From positions 1,684,316-1,748,315 of the forward strand of contig JAWQFM010000004.1 in the NCBI GenBank assembly GCA_033442325.1: DNA of 64,000 nt. The letters run 5' to 3'. This DNA is from Salpingoeca rosetta. Its lineage: Eukaryota; Protista; Choanoflagellata. The position numbers were made by a program, and so were the translations under genes. The notes beneath the pieces were generated by a model. That model saw only the letters and a program-made list of their open reading frames with translations. It did not search any database and was not told the origin of the DNA. Within the stretch, counting starts at the first letter, position 1; the number at the start of each line of letters is the position of its first letter. This document shows positions 1 through 13,160 of the stretch, piece after piece.

Positions 1-1333
1 ACGATGTGCTGGAACTGCTTAACATCCACTGTCTCGGCTGCTGTGGTTGCATCGAGCTTGAAGTTGGTGGGGAGAGTGGTGTCCTTCGGTCTGCATGTCT
101 GAAGTCCATGCTGTTGCAGGAGGTGGTGTACGTAGTGCTGTTGTGTAAGGGTCATGGTCCCCGCATCCCGGTCGTAGTTGATGTTGATGTTCAGGTACTG
201 CTTAGCAGGGCCTAGGTGCTTCAGGTGGTAGTGCGCGCTCAGTGAGGCTGCCACGTGACGGACACGGTCAATGGTGCCGGCTGCGATCAGAAAGTCGTCG
301 ACGTGGACGCAGAGCATGCAATCCTCGCCTACGAAGACACAGGCATCCGATGCCAGGCGACGAAGGCCACTCTCCTTGATGGTCTGCCAGATCGAGTTGT
401 ACCACAAACGAGGGGCCTGACGAAGTCCATAAAGACTCTTCTTGAGTCTCAGCAGCGAACCGTCTGGTAGGTTCGCCGCGGACGGCGGACGCACATACAC
501 CCCCTGGACATCAATCTGCGCGTGCAAGAAGGCGGAAGTAACGTCGTACTGGTGGAGGTGCCACCTCTTGAAGGTGGTCACGGCGAGGAAAGTCCTGACG
601 GCGTCGATCCTCGTGGTTGGCGCGAACACGTCGTCAAACGTGCCGACATCCTGGCGGTTGCCGCAGCAGACCAGGCGCACCTTGCGTTTGGTCGTACCAT
701 CCACGAGCTGCTTACTTGTCAGGACAAGTTTGCTCGGAATGGGCTGGGTAGGGATGGATAGTTGTCGGCTGTCCACCACGTCAAACGCTCCAAACTGCAA
801 CATCTTACCCCACTCCTCCTCAAAGGCGTCAAGCCAACGCTGCCTATCACGACCCTTCATCGCCATCTGCCACGTTCTCGGCGGGTCGTTGGCTGTGGTC
901 GCAGTCAAGCATAGCTTCTCGACAGGTGTACGGATACGTCCGGACCTTCGAAGCTGTTGAGGCTGTTGTTGGGCGTGCTGTTGATGCTGCTGTTGCGGTT
1001 CGTGTTGCTGGGGCTGCAGGCATATCTCTCGTTCAGCAAGAACTGTCGGGACCAGGTCAGCCGTCGTCTGATCGTGTCCTTGCAGTTGCTGTCGTTGTTG
1101 CCCATCGGGCTGCTGCTGGTGGCCGTGGGCCTGCAGTGCGCCAGTAGGCTGCTGCTGGTGGCCGTGGGCCTGCAGTGCGCCAGTAGGCTGCTGCTGGTGG
1201 CCGTGGGCCTGCAGTGCGCCAGTAGGCTGCTGCTGGTGGCCGTGGGCCTGCAGTGCGCCAGTAGGCTGCTGCTGGTGGCCGTGGGCCTGCAGTGCGCCAG
1301 TAGGCTGCTGCTGGTGGCCGTGGGCCTGCAGTG
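1..1333 (-). CDS. Copia reverse transcriptase (RVT_2), partial, continues off window
   Basis: Manual minus-strand translation: KRKVRLVCCGNRQ, FAPTTRIDAVR, HQYDVTSAFLHA, LKKSLYGLRQAPRLW, LCVHVDDFLI (YxDD equivalent). Confidence 0.93.
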
Positions 1334-1871
1334 GGCTACCGGCCTCTGAGCCCGTAATCAGCCCGGTCCGTAGTCCAAATCGCACTTACTGAGTCCAACC
1401 TTGCGAACTCCAAGACCTCAAGTCGATGACGGACACCTTGAGTTAATCTGAGTGCTTGTGACCTTACGGAGAGGTGCAAAGCCTTGTACGAACACACAAC
1501 GTATCTGACGGGGGTGACAAATGAGCATCAAGCCAACTCGTAGTCGCTAACAACTGTTGGGTCCTAGTTCTTGACCCACTAAACCATAATACTAGTAATT
1601 GGCCGATCACTGGTCCTATGTTGTTCTAGACAAACAACGCGGCCTGCAGTGCGCCACGTAGGCTGCTGCTGGTGGCCGTGGGCCTGCAGTGCGCCAGTAG
1701 GCTGCTGCTGGTGGCCGTGGGCCTGCAGTGCGCCAGTAGGCTGCTGCTGGTGGTCGTGGGCCTGCAGTGCGCCAGTAGGCTGCTGCTGGTGGCCGTGGGC
1801 CTGCAGTGCGCCAGTAGGCTGCTGCTGGTGGCCGTGGACCTGCAGTGCGCCAGTAGGCTGCTGCTGGTGGC
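1109..1871. repeat. 39-bp coding minisatellite (13-aa unit HGHQQQPTGALQA) in the IN-RT linker, split into two arrays
   Basis: Unit ctgctgctggtggccgtgggcctgcagtgcgccagtagg, about 6 copies at 1109-1333 and about 6 at 1641-1871. Confidence 0.95.
1334..1640 (+). other. About 307-nt foreign segment with dense predicted RNA helices; identity unknown
   Basis: Abrupt break in a near-perfect tandem array; at least 7 stems, several with G-U pairs on the + strand; no convincing ORF. Confidence 0.6.
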
Positions 1872-3999
1872 ACTCCACAAAGTCGACATTGATGCCAGAT
1901 CTCGTGCGCTGAGTGCCGCTGACGAATATCTTGTGACCGTTGCAGCGCGGATCATAGCCAATGTAGTGGCCAGCCGCACCTCTCGCCGGAAGTGCACCTT
2001 TGTCAGACTTCACATCATCGTAGATGACGCACGGGCACCCAAATACCCTCAGGCTCGACAGTGGTGGAGGTCGGCCTGTGAGCGCCGTGTAGGGAGGAGA
2101 GCCAAGTGACGTGTGGACAACGTAGTTGTAGACGTTCGAGGCGTGCTGTATTGCTGCACACGTGAAGTCAGGTTGCTGTTGCGGTGGTATTGCTGATGCC
2201 GCTAACATGGAAGCTGCCATCTCCTTCACCGTCCTCCATGCCCTCTCGGCCATGCCGTTGTGCTGATGTGTGTAGGGCGGTGAAAATCTGACGGTCACAC
2301 CCAGCTGTCGTGCTGTGGCCGCAAAGATAGACGACTTGAAGACAGGGTCAGCGTCCACTTGGAGAAGTGCACCACGGTCGATCGGAATGGCTGTCGTCGC
2401 TACCAGCTGCCGCAATGCTGTAGGGGCGTCTGACTTCTTGGAGATCACCATCGTGTCCGCATATCTCGTCTTCTCGTCGACAACAAACAGCACATACTTG
2501 TGGGTCTTTGCTGCGGACGGGAACGGCCCCTGGAGATCACCATGGAGCCTGCCTCCTGGTTCCGTGCTGTGATCGTCTGCAGCTTTCCGGACCGGCTTTC
2601 TCTGGATCTTGTATGGCATACACTGTGTGCATGGCTGAATTTGGTCACGGTGGTGCTGTTGGTAGCTGATGCCGTTGTCGTCGAGGAGCTTGGCAACGTC
2701 CGTCAGGCTTCTGTGACCGAGTCGACGATGCCACGTGTGAAGAGTCTGTACCGCCAGGCAAGCTTGGGCCTTGTGCAGTGGCTCGGCCTTGAGGTAGTAA
2801 GTGGTGCCATGCATATGGAGCTGGAGGCAGAGGTCGCGGTACTCCACACGTGGACTCTCTCCATTCAGCTTCACCGTCACCCCAGCATCCACCAGACGTC
2901 CTGCTGACAGGATATTAAATCCCATTGTCGGTAAGAACAACACGTCTCGCACGTTGATCACCTTCTCCTCACTACCCACTCGGACCTTCAACGACACCGT
3001 CCCCGTCTCGTGAACCTCGACCGTACCGCCCAAACCTCGCACGACGGCCGGTTGCTGAAGTATGACGCGATGTGTGAAGTAGGTTGGGTCCGAGAAGATG
3101 TGCACGGAAGACTGAGAGTCTAGTCCCACCAGGTGCTCAGAGAAGGGGAGCTGTTGAGGTGTTCTCAGGATCTTGAAGGTGAAGTCTGGCTTGTGTTGCT
3201 GATGCGGCGGACGCGGCTGGTTATTGCGGCTGCCTCCAGACTGGTGCTTGAACCCCGATTGCATGCTCCTGTTGGGGTTGTGGTAGCAGTCCTCCTCACG
3301 ATGGAAGCAGTACTTCCCGCAGTGCGGGCACCTGCTCTTCTTCCTCTTAAGCTGCCTGTCGGAACGCGTCCTCTCGGGGCGTCGCGGTCTGGCAATCTTG
3401 AGCATTTGCTCCGTGCCGCTGTGATCGCTGACCGTATCCTCTAAGGCTGGGTTGCTGCTGAGGATCAGGTCTACGAACTGGTGGACGGTTGAAGTAGGCG
3501 ACTTGATTTCATTACCGAACTGCTTCGGTTTGCTGTCGTGGAACAGGGAGAAGATGAACAGGGAGAATATCTCCTCCAGCGTCCTGCTCTCCCGCATATC
3601 GTACGCAGTACTGAGCTTGTCGATCGCCTGGTAGATTCTGGTGGCATACTCGTCAGCAGTATCGTCGGGCCTGACACGAACGCTGTTGATGCAGTTGATG
3701 ATGTGACGGCTCTTCTTGACATCATCCTCAGGTCGGTTGTAATACTTGATCAAGACTTGCCAGGCTGTTCTCGCGTCTGGCTGGGCAAGAGCTCCTTTTG
3801 CTGCTGTGGAGTTGCAACCCCTGAGGGCCTGCATGATGCTGACATGTGCTCGTTCCTCTTGGTCTTGCGTGACTTCCTTTCCTTCGAGTACTCCTTCCGC
3901 TCCTGGGCATGTCTGCTTGAGATACAGCTTGAAGTGAGCCGTGAAATCCTTGAGGGACTCTGCCTTGCCATCGAACTTGGGGACTTGCAGGCCTTCCAT
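1641..3999 (-). CDS. Copia gag-protease-integrase polyprotein, 5' part, interrupted by a foreign segment at 1334-1640
   Basis: ORF 1579..3999 (806 aa) carries the motifs above; the frame is disrupted at the edge of the repeat array (extra base in gcgccacgtagg) and stops inside the insert. Confidence 0.93.
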
Positions 4000-4115
4000 T
4001 GTCTCAGTTGTGTCGTGGGATCAGATCTTGGCAAGAGATACGAGTGGAGAGTTGGTAAATGTGCAATGCGCAGCTCGTGAGTAATTGAGAGTAACACGGA
4101 TATTGTGTCGAACAA

Positions 4116-4130
4116 CTGGGTCTCATAATC
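4116..4130 (-). promoter_or_regulatory. Primer-binding site complementary to a tRNA-Met anticodon arm (half-tRNA priming)
   Basis: Minus strand reads GATTATGAGACCCAG directly after the LTR-terminal CA; plus strand GTCTCATAATC matches a tRNA-Met anticodon stem-loop. Confidence 0.75.
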
Positions 4131-4368
4131 TGTTAGATTCGTGTGTTTTGTTATTCCTTGTGTTCATTGGTGGAAGGGAGTAAACTCAAGAAGAAGACAA
4201 AGAGGAGGAGGTAGCGATAGCGGACTGTCGTCAACATCACGTGGTTGCCATCATAAACGAACAGCTGACTAGACAGGAATGAGCAAGAGCAAAGTACTCG
4301 GGACTAGTATTAGGACAGTGCAGGGCACGACAGCACATGTTGTCCATGTCACCCGCACGTCCCCAACA
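4131..4368 (-). repeat. Putative 5' LTR of the copia element
   Basis: On minus strand TGTTGGGG...CTAACA with TG..CA ends and a short TGTT/AACA inverted repeat, followed directly by a PBS. The 4131 boundary is firm; alternative outer ends are 4236 and 4337. The second LTR is not in the window. Confidence 0.6.
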
Positions 4369-4721
4369 AGGGGTCTAGGGGTAGATGCGGATGTGTGTCG
4401 ACCGATACAATCACCAGACAATGAGTGCACGGGTCCGCAAGTGAGAAACTCAGTCCGATGGGAAACGATGTGGCGGCAAACAAGCAAGGCGCGAAGAGGA
4501 AAGGGGGGGGGGAGGACGGAATGGGAAAGAAGAATGAACAGGGAGCGGGCTCCACAAGACGCGAAGGAGGGAGACAAAGGCGAAGAGGCAAAACAGAGTA
4601 GCGACACGCTGCTCATGAACAAGTAACAACAGAGATCTAGAGAGATGCACCAACAACAAGGCGCCTTCCCTCCTTCCACACACACACACACACACACACA
4701 CAATACACACACAATACACAC

Positions 4722-4757
<36 letters not shown>

Positions 4758-4800
4758 ACACACACCACCACCAACACCCCCCCCCCCCACAATCCTACAC

Positions 4801-7104
4801 TCACTCCCCCCTCTCCCCGCCACGACCGCACGTGCACATGTGCTGTGCACAGCGATAGATGCACACAAAGGGAAAGGCAACGAGAATGCATGGGCTGCAC
4901 AACACCAGCGTTGCACAGTCGTGGCTGGACATGGCGCCTCCACTGCGCACCTGTTGCAGGCTGTACGCGGCTTGGCGCGTGTTTGGATGGTCTGGCCCGA
5001 GGGTGGCCGTAAACACTTCCAGGGCGTGCTCGATGTGTGCGCACGCCTGTTCTCGATCACCACTGTCACTGTAGGCTATGCCCAGGTTCATGGAAACGGC
5101 CGCAGTGGCTGGGCTGCTGCTTCCCAGCGTCGCTGTGAAAACCTCTTTCGCCTTCTCCAAATGTGCAATCGCCTTGTCGTACTCCCCCTTCTCTCGGTAC
5201 GCGCTGCCCAGGCTTCCGTAGACGCTTGCTGTGTCCGGATGACTTTCCCCCCGCGTCTCCACGTACGCCTCCTTCGCCATCTTGTAGCACTCAATGGCCC
5301 TGGCGTACTCGCCGATGCTGTCGTATGCGTTGCCCAGGTGCTTGCAGGTGTCAGCTGTGCGCGAATGCCTCTCCCCCACCGTCCTTAGCCAAATCTCCTT
5401 CGCCTTTTCAAAGTGTGCAATCGCCATGCTGGAGTCGCCGCTGCTATCGTATGCGTGGCCCAGGTTCATGTACGTGGCTGCGGTGCTCGGGTGCTCGTCG
5501 CCCAGCGTCTGAACGAAGATCTGCCTTGCCTTCTCCAAGCTCGCAATCGCCTTGTCGTACTCCCCCTTGTTCTTGAACGCCAGGCCGAGGTTCACGTACG
5601 TGTTTGCGGTGTCAGGGTGCTCTTCCCCCAGCGTGCGCACGTAGATCGCGTTGGCCTTCTCGCCATATGCAATCGCCTTGTCGTGGTCGCCCTTGTCATT
5701 GTACGTGACACCAAGGTTCACAAACACGTCTGCCGTGTCAGGGTGGTCCTCCCCCTTCTGCTTCACCATGGCGGCGAGGTGTTTCTCGGCGCATGCAATC
5801 GCCTTGTCATAGTCGCCCATGTCTCCGTATGCATTGGCCAGGTTGCCGTACGTCTGTGCCGTGTTCAGATCCTCTTCCCCCAGCGTCTGTACGAATATCA
5901 CAATCGCCTTTTCATAACACGCAATCGCCTTGCCCTGCTCGCCTTTCCTGCGATACGCGTTGCCCAAGTTGCCGTACGTCTGTGCCATTTCGGGGCGCTC
6001 TTTCCCCGGTGCCTGCGCGTAAACCGCCTCTGCCTTCTCATAGAAGGCAATGGCCTGGTCAAGCTCGCCAAATGTGTTCAGCACAATGCCAACTTGGCTG
6101 CACAGCGCTGCAAAGGCGTCTGTGTTGCCCTCGCCCCGTGTCTGCATCGCCTCCACCGCAGCCACCGCCTTTTCCAGGCACCACTCGCGCAGCTGGTCCT
6201 TCACGGCCTGGTTGAGCGCTGCAAAGCCTACGCCGTTCTGAATGGCCTCAAAGATCATGTCCTTGTCGCGTGAGTTGAAGGCCTCGGCCCGCTGAGCCTG
6301 CACGCGCACAAGCGTATCCATGACGGCCTCGTAGTCGTCACGGATGGCCTGTTCCAGTGCCTTCTCCTCGGCCTTGGGTAGACGGATGTTGACCTCTGTG
6401 CCCTCGTTGCTGATGCCGCAGAAGATCTCCCACAGGCACCAGGCACGCGTCAGTGGCACGGGGTCACGCCACGGCATCAACACCAGCAGCACGCGTCCAA
6501 TGTTGGCAATGGACTCCTTGAACGTCGTGCTCCACCTGTTGTGTGGTGGGGGGGGGGCGAGGGAGAGGTGGGGCGTGATGTGAGGGAGTGGGGGGGGGTG
6601 TGCAAGAAACGGGGAGGTATAGCACGCAGGCGCACACACAGTTGCACACACAGTTGCACACAGCTGCACATACACACAGACACACAACGCACACACACAC
6701 ACACGCAAAACGCACCACTCTTGTGGGAGGTTGGCCGTAACGTTGGCGTTTTGGTTGTTCATGAAGAGGTCAAACCAGAAGAACACTGGCTGGCCGCCAT
6801 CCTTCCGTGCTTGCTCCTCTGCAAACTCGAGCAACACGTTGAGCACGTCTGCGATCTTGTACCGCCATGCGTGCGACACAAACACGGTGGCCTTGCCCAC
6901 CCTTTCAGGCGATTGCTTGCGCAAGAGGTCGACGTAAGCGCAGTTGTCCTGCTGTGTGCGTGGCACAACGAACTGCTTGCAGGCATCCTCCGTTGTCATC
7001 TCAGTGTACGTGTTGGGGAACTCACTCTTCAGGTCTGCGAGGAAGGCCTTGATCGTCTCCACAGACACGCCGTCCGTCAGGCGGTGCTCGTCGTTGTCGG
7101 CCAT
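4801..7104 (-). CDS. HET/TIR-like N-terminal domain plus kinesin-light-chain-type TPR repeat protein
   Basis: Likely start MADNDEH at 7104; in-frame 180-nt GT-AG intron 6715-6536; motifs ATVFVSHAW, FFWFDLF, TRAWCLWEI; about 9-10 TPRs of 42 aa (GEEHPDTA..Y.NLG..Y...G.YDKAI). 3' end uncertain. Confidence 0.85.
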   Translation of the reverse strand: MADNDEHRLTDGVSVETIKAFLADLKSEFPNTYTEMTTEDACKQFVVPRTQQDNCAYVDLLRKQSPERVGKATVFVSHAWRYKIADVLNVLLEFAEEQARKDGGQPVFFWFDLFMNNQNANVTANLPQEWCVLRVCVCALCVCVYVQLCATVCATVCAPACYTSPFLAHPPPLPHITPHLSLAPPPPHNRWSTTFKESIANIGRVLLVLMPWRDPVPLTRAWCLWEIFCGISNEGTEVNIRLPKAEEKALEQAIRDDYEAVMDTLVRVQAQRAEAFNSRDKDMIFEAIQNGVGFAALNQAVKDQLREWCLEKAVAAVEAMQTRGEGNTDAFAALCSQVGIVLNTFGELDQAIAFYEKAEAVYAQAPGKERPEMAQTYGNLGNAYRRKGEQGKAIACYEKAIVIFVQTLGEEDLNTAQTYGNLANAYGDMGDYDKAIACAEKHLAAMVKQKGEDHPDTADVFVNLGVTYNDKGDHDKAIAYGEKANAIYVRTLGEEHPDTANTYVNLGLAFKNKGEYDKAIASLEKARQIFVQTLGDEHPSTAATYMNLGHAYDSSGDSSMAIAHFEKAKEIWLRTVGERHSRTADTCKHLGNAYDSIGEYARAIECYKMAKEAYVETRGESHPDTASVYGSLGSAYREKGEYDKAIAHLEKAKEVFTATLGSSSPATAAVSMNLGIAYSDSGDREQACAHIEHALEVFTATLGPDHPNTRQAAYSLQQVRSGGAMSSHDCATLVLCSPCILVAFPFVCIYRCAQHMCTCGRGGERGE

Positions 7105-7911
7105 GCTGAGTGGTGTGGGTGGGCTGGTGGGCGTGGGTGTGGGTGTGGGTGTGGGTTGTTGTTGGTGCTGTTGTGGAAATTTGTTTATGGCATTCGCGAT
7201 TGTCGGTACCCAGTGCACACACACAACAAACGCAAAACGTTTCAGGTCAAAACAAACCACCATGCTGCTGCTGCTTGGCGACATGTTTCGCTGGGTGGTG
7301 TCGATCTTCGCTCCGGCTTGGAGAGCGAGGGAGGAGGTGGAGGAGCTGCTGACAGCTCCAGGTATCCTGGACGTGCACAAGAGCGGGATCAGGTTTATCG
7401 CAAACAACGCATGGAAGACCGAGATGGAGTGAGTTTGGGCATAATTTCTGCTTGTGTTTGTGTGTTGCATATATTCTTAGGTTGCATGTGTTTGTCTTGT
7501 TTGTTTGTTTGTCTGTTTGAATGTTGCATGTGTGCGCGTGGATGTGGATATGTTTGCTCGCATATCGCTGTGTGCGTTTTCTTGCTGTTGAGTGTGTTTG
7601 CTCGTTGCACATCTTGCGTGTGTATGACCTTGTGCGCGTGTGTGTTGACTGTTGATGACACACCTGCCCTTCTCAATACCTTTGTTTGAAGCCCTGCCTC
7701 TTGCCCTGCACGCACACATGCAGACATGCGTGGTTGCTTGCATGCACTGTAGTGTCGCAAGCTTCATATGTGGGCATCCCCTACACTGGGTACCGGAAAT
7801 ACCCTTTTGCACGGTTTTAGTGCAGTTGGTAAGACACCACACATCATGCACCGTCAACTCACCTCTTCACCTACTCACGGCTTCGGCCTTGCCTTACTTG
7901 CCATCTTGCAG

Positions 7912-9049
7912 ATTCTTGGGCACTGACCTCGGTGACAGTTGGGCGTGCGCCATGGCCGAGGCATTGAAGTGGAACACACGCCTGAAACGACTCGAGTCAG
8001 TTTTGGTGCGGTGTGTCCCCTCATCCTACTCTGCTCGTTTGCTATGGTCACGCGTTCGCTGCTGTGGTTCGCTTGTGGTTCCCTCAAAACCAGTGCCACC
8101 TTCCAGCGCTGGGCAGCACTTCCAGCGCTACCTCACCATTGGGAGTGTTGTCTTTGCAGGATTCATCATGGCAGGATTAGCACTAACGGAGCTGAAGCGC
8201 TCGCTGCCGCACTCAAGCGCAACTCAAGCGTCACCACGCTCTGGTAAAGTGATCTTGTGCGCTGGGGAGGGGTGGGGGATGGGTTGAGTGAAGTAGCACA
8301 GCAATTTGTGGTATGCTGCACTTCACCTGACGCGCGTTCGGCTTTGCCGCTGACGATGCTTCCGTTCTTCTTTTCCTTGTTTTTGTGTCCTACCCTTATT
8401 ACGCTTCTTCATACAGCCTCCACTGTAACGCCATTGGGCCAGATGGCGCAGTGGCATTTGCAGATATGTTTCGGCACAACACAAGCATCACGCACCTCAG
8501 GTAAGAAAGGGAGCAGGACGAAGGTGTGACGGGCATACAGCTCGATGGACAGACGCGTTTGGCGGTGAACCGTACCTTGTGTGGTGATCTGCATCTTGTG
8601 TGGCGACCTGTACCTTGTGTGGTGACCTGTACCTTGTGTGGCGACCTGTACCTTGTGTGGTGAGTTGTGTTCTCACTCAAGTAGTGTGTTATCTTGTCCT
8701 TGCCCCAACATCACTCGAGTAGCTTGGGTGACAATGCCATTGGTGATGACGGCGCCTTGGCTTTGGCAACGGTGCTCGGTCAGGGCAACAGCACTCTGCA
8801 AGGACTCTGGTGCGCCACAGCCATCAGTGACACTTGCGCAGTGTGCGCTTTCGGGTGTCGCATGACGTGTCACTGCATTCCAACTTTGTCTTACAACCCG
8901 CCGCGGCCGCATCTTCTCCGCATCAATGCCGCAGGATATGGAAGAACGGCCTCACCGACAAAGCCGCGATGGCGCTCGCGGGCATGTTGACGCGCAACCA
9001 TACGCTGACGCAGCTTGGGTATGTGGGTTGGCGAAGCGGATATGATTCG

Positions 9050-9095
<46 letters not shown>

Positions 9096-9603
9096 TCATT
9101 GCTTGTAGTACAATTAGCACGCAGCTTGCTGCTGTCGGTTGTGCTGGTGCGTTCACGCACAGCATCATGCCAGTGCACGCGTGCATAAGAGTCCCAACGT
9201 GGTTCGTTTCATGGTGGCGTACATATTGTTTGAAGCTGGATCCCACGACAGTGCTCGTCGATGCAGATCCTCACTCTACTTCCTTTCTCCCTTTGTGCAT
9301 TGGCATTTATCCACTCAGGGTGCAGGACAACTGCATCGGTCCTGAGGGCGGCGAGGCCCTGGGAACCGCACTGGGCAGCAACGACAGTCTTCAACTGCTT
9401 TGGTTCGTGGTAAGGTGTCAAGTGTTGTGCGCTGGCCCAGCCGATGCCAACCTGCTCACACGCATGTTGACGTGGTTGCTGGTCCCTTTGCACTCTTTGC
9501 ACCATTAGGCTCCACAAGAACACCACTGCCACTGCTCACGCTTTTGGTGCTGCGCTACCGGCCGGTCGCAGGATTGACACGGGCGACTGGTGCGTACCAC
9601 TGA
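7912..9603 (+). CDS. Ribonuclease-inhibitor/NLRC3-type LRR protein, multi-exon; ends uncertain
   Basis: Exons of about 84 nt, each one 28-aa LRR (e.g. LHCNAIGPDGAVAFADMFRHNTSITHL, LGDNAIGDDGALALATVLGQGNSTLQGL, VQDNCIGPEGGEALGTALGSNDSLQLL), separated by GT-AG introns. Confidence 0.8.
8571..8663. repeat. 19-bp intronic minisatellite (gtaccttgtgtggtgacct), about 5 copies
   Basis: Direct tandem copies visible. Confidence 0.85.
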
Positions 9604-9604
9604 T

Positions 9605-9641
<37 letters not shown>

Positions 9642-10545
9642 GCGTGTGTGTGTGTGATGAACCTTGAACAGCTGCTCTGGTGTGACTGAGGTGACAGCCG
9701 TTCACTGTGCTGTTTGGGCTGAAACAAGTGTCTCTTTTCAATGTTTGGCAGGTCAGAGGATGACACTGGAAAAGCAGCCTTCATGGAGGCACGCAGGATG
9801 CGCTGAGGTGGAGACTCGGGCACACTGTGCAACACGATGTGTGCGAGTACTGTCTTGTCAGAATGAATGACGGGGATCACATGCAGTGTGACAGGTGTAC
9901 TTATTGTTTGATGTGAAGTCACACGTTACCCTATCACTGAGAACCGCCCTCGCCATCGTCCTGCCCGATTCTGTGTACTGTATGTACAATGTCCTGAAGG
10001 CTTCAAATCTCCGTACACATTGCCCTCGGATGTCGTGCTCGTGTCGTTGTACATATTTACCCAGGTACATGGGATTCGCGCAACAGGCTTCAGACTCAAA
10101 GACACTGACAAGAACCGTCCAGGTACAATGACAGCCACACACTTCAGCCTGAGATACTCCCAGAGGCGCAGCGACCTGCATGCTGCAACCGAGAGCAGCA
10201 TAGGTCCGTGTGGTGTGAGCCGCGAATGGTGAGCAGGAGCAGGCTCAGAGTGTCAGAGTTCTTGCGCACATGTGCAGGTGTTTCAATTGCTGTGTTCACA
10301 CCCTTGCAGCCGTTGTCTTAGGGCTGTGTTAATCAATAACAACGGACACTTTGGCGCTTGCTGCGTTGGCACTTGTGTATTCTTCTCACATTGAGTTTGT
10401 GGTTTCAGTCTCTCACAATGAACGCAAGATCCGTGCCATTGCGACTGAGTCATCGAGCACGTTCATGCAGAACACGTTGACACAGAATACGACTTGCTTC
10501 CAAAGTGCAGGGCGGTCAATCACACACACAGACACACACAGACAC

Positions 10546-10600
<55 letters not shown>

Positions 10601-10627
10601 CAAACACACAAACACACCCTCGCACCC

Positions 10628-13067
<2,440 letters not shown>

Positions 13068-13068
13068 G

Positions 13069-13160
<92 letters not shown>

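Larger units (their letters stand above)
1..4368 (-). mobile_element. Ty1/copia LTR retrotransposon (gag-PR-IN-RT order); 3' end lies outside the window
   Basis: Domain order on minus strand: Gag with CCHC-like knuckle (CPHCGKYCFHREEDC), protease (LDSQSSVH), GAG-pre-integrase (WHRRLGH), integrase core (HGDLQGP...VVDE...QVDAD...NGMAER), then RVT_2 motifs. LTR and PBS upstream. Right boundary (4368) is a best guess. Confidence 0.95.

Noticed and set aside
1323-1651. 11-bp target-site duplication (ggcctgcagtg) around the insert
   Set aside because: The sequence is part of the 39-bp unit, so it would occur on both sides anyway.
1109-1871. CRISPR-like array
   Set aside because: Units are head-to-tail with no spacers, in frame within a retrotransposon, and there are no cas genes.
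4116-4135. tRNA-Met gene
   Set aside because: Only the anticodon arm matches; better explained as the PBS.
9900-10180. Receptor tail with NPxY-like motif (ANPMY, NVYGDL) on minus strand
   Set aside because: Short, frame-broken and with no TM or upstream exons; too weak to call.
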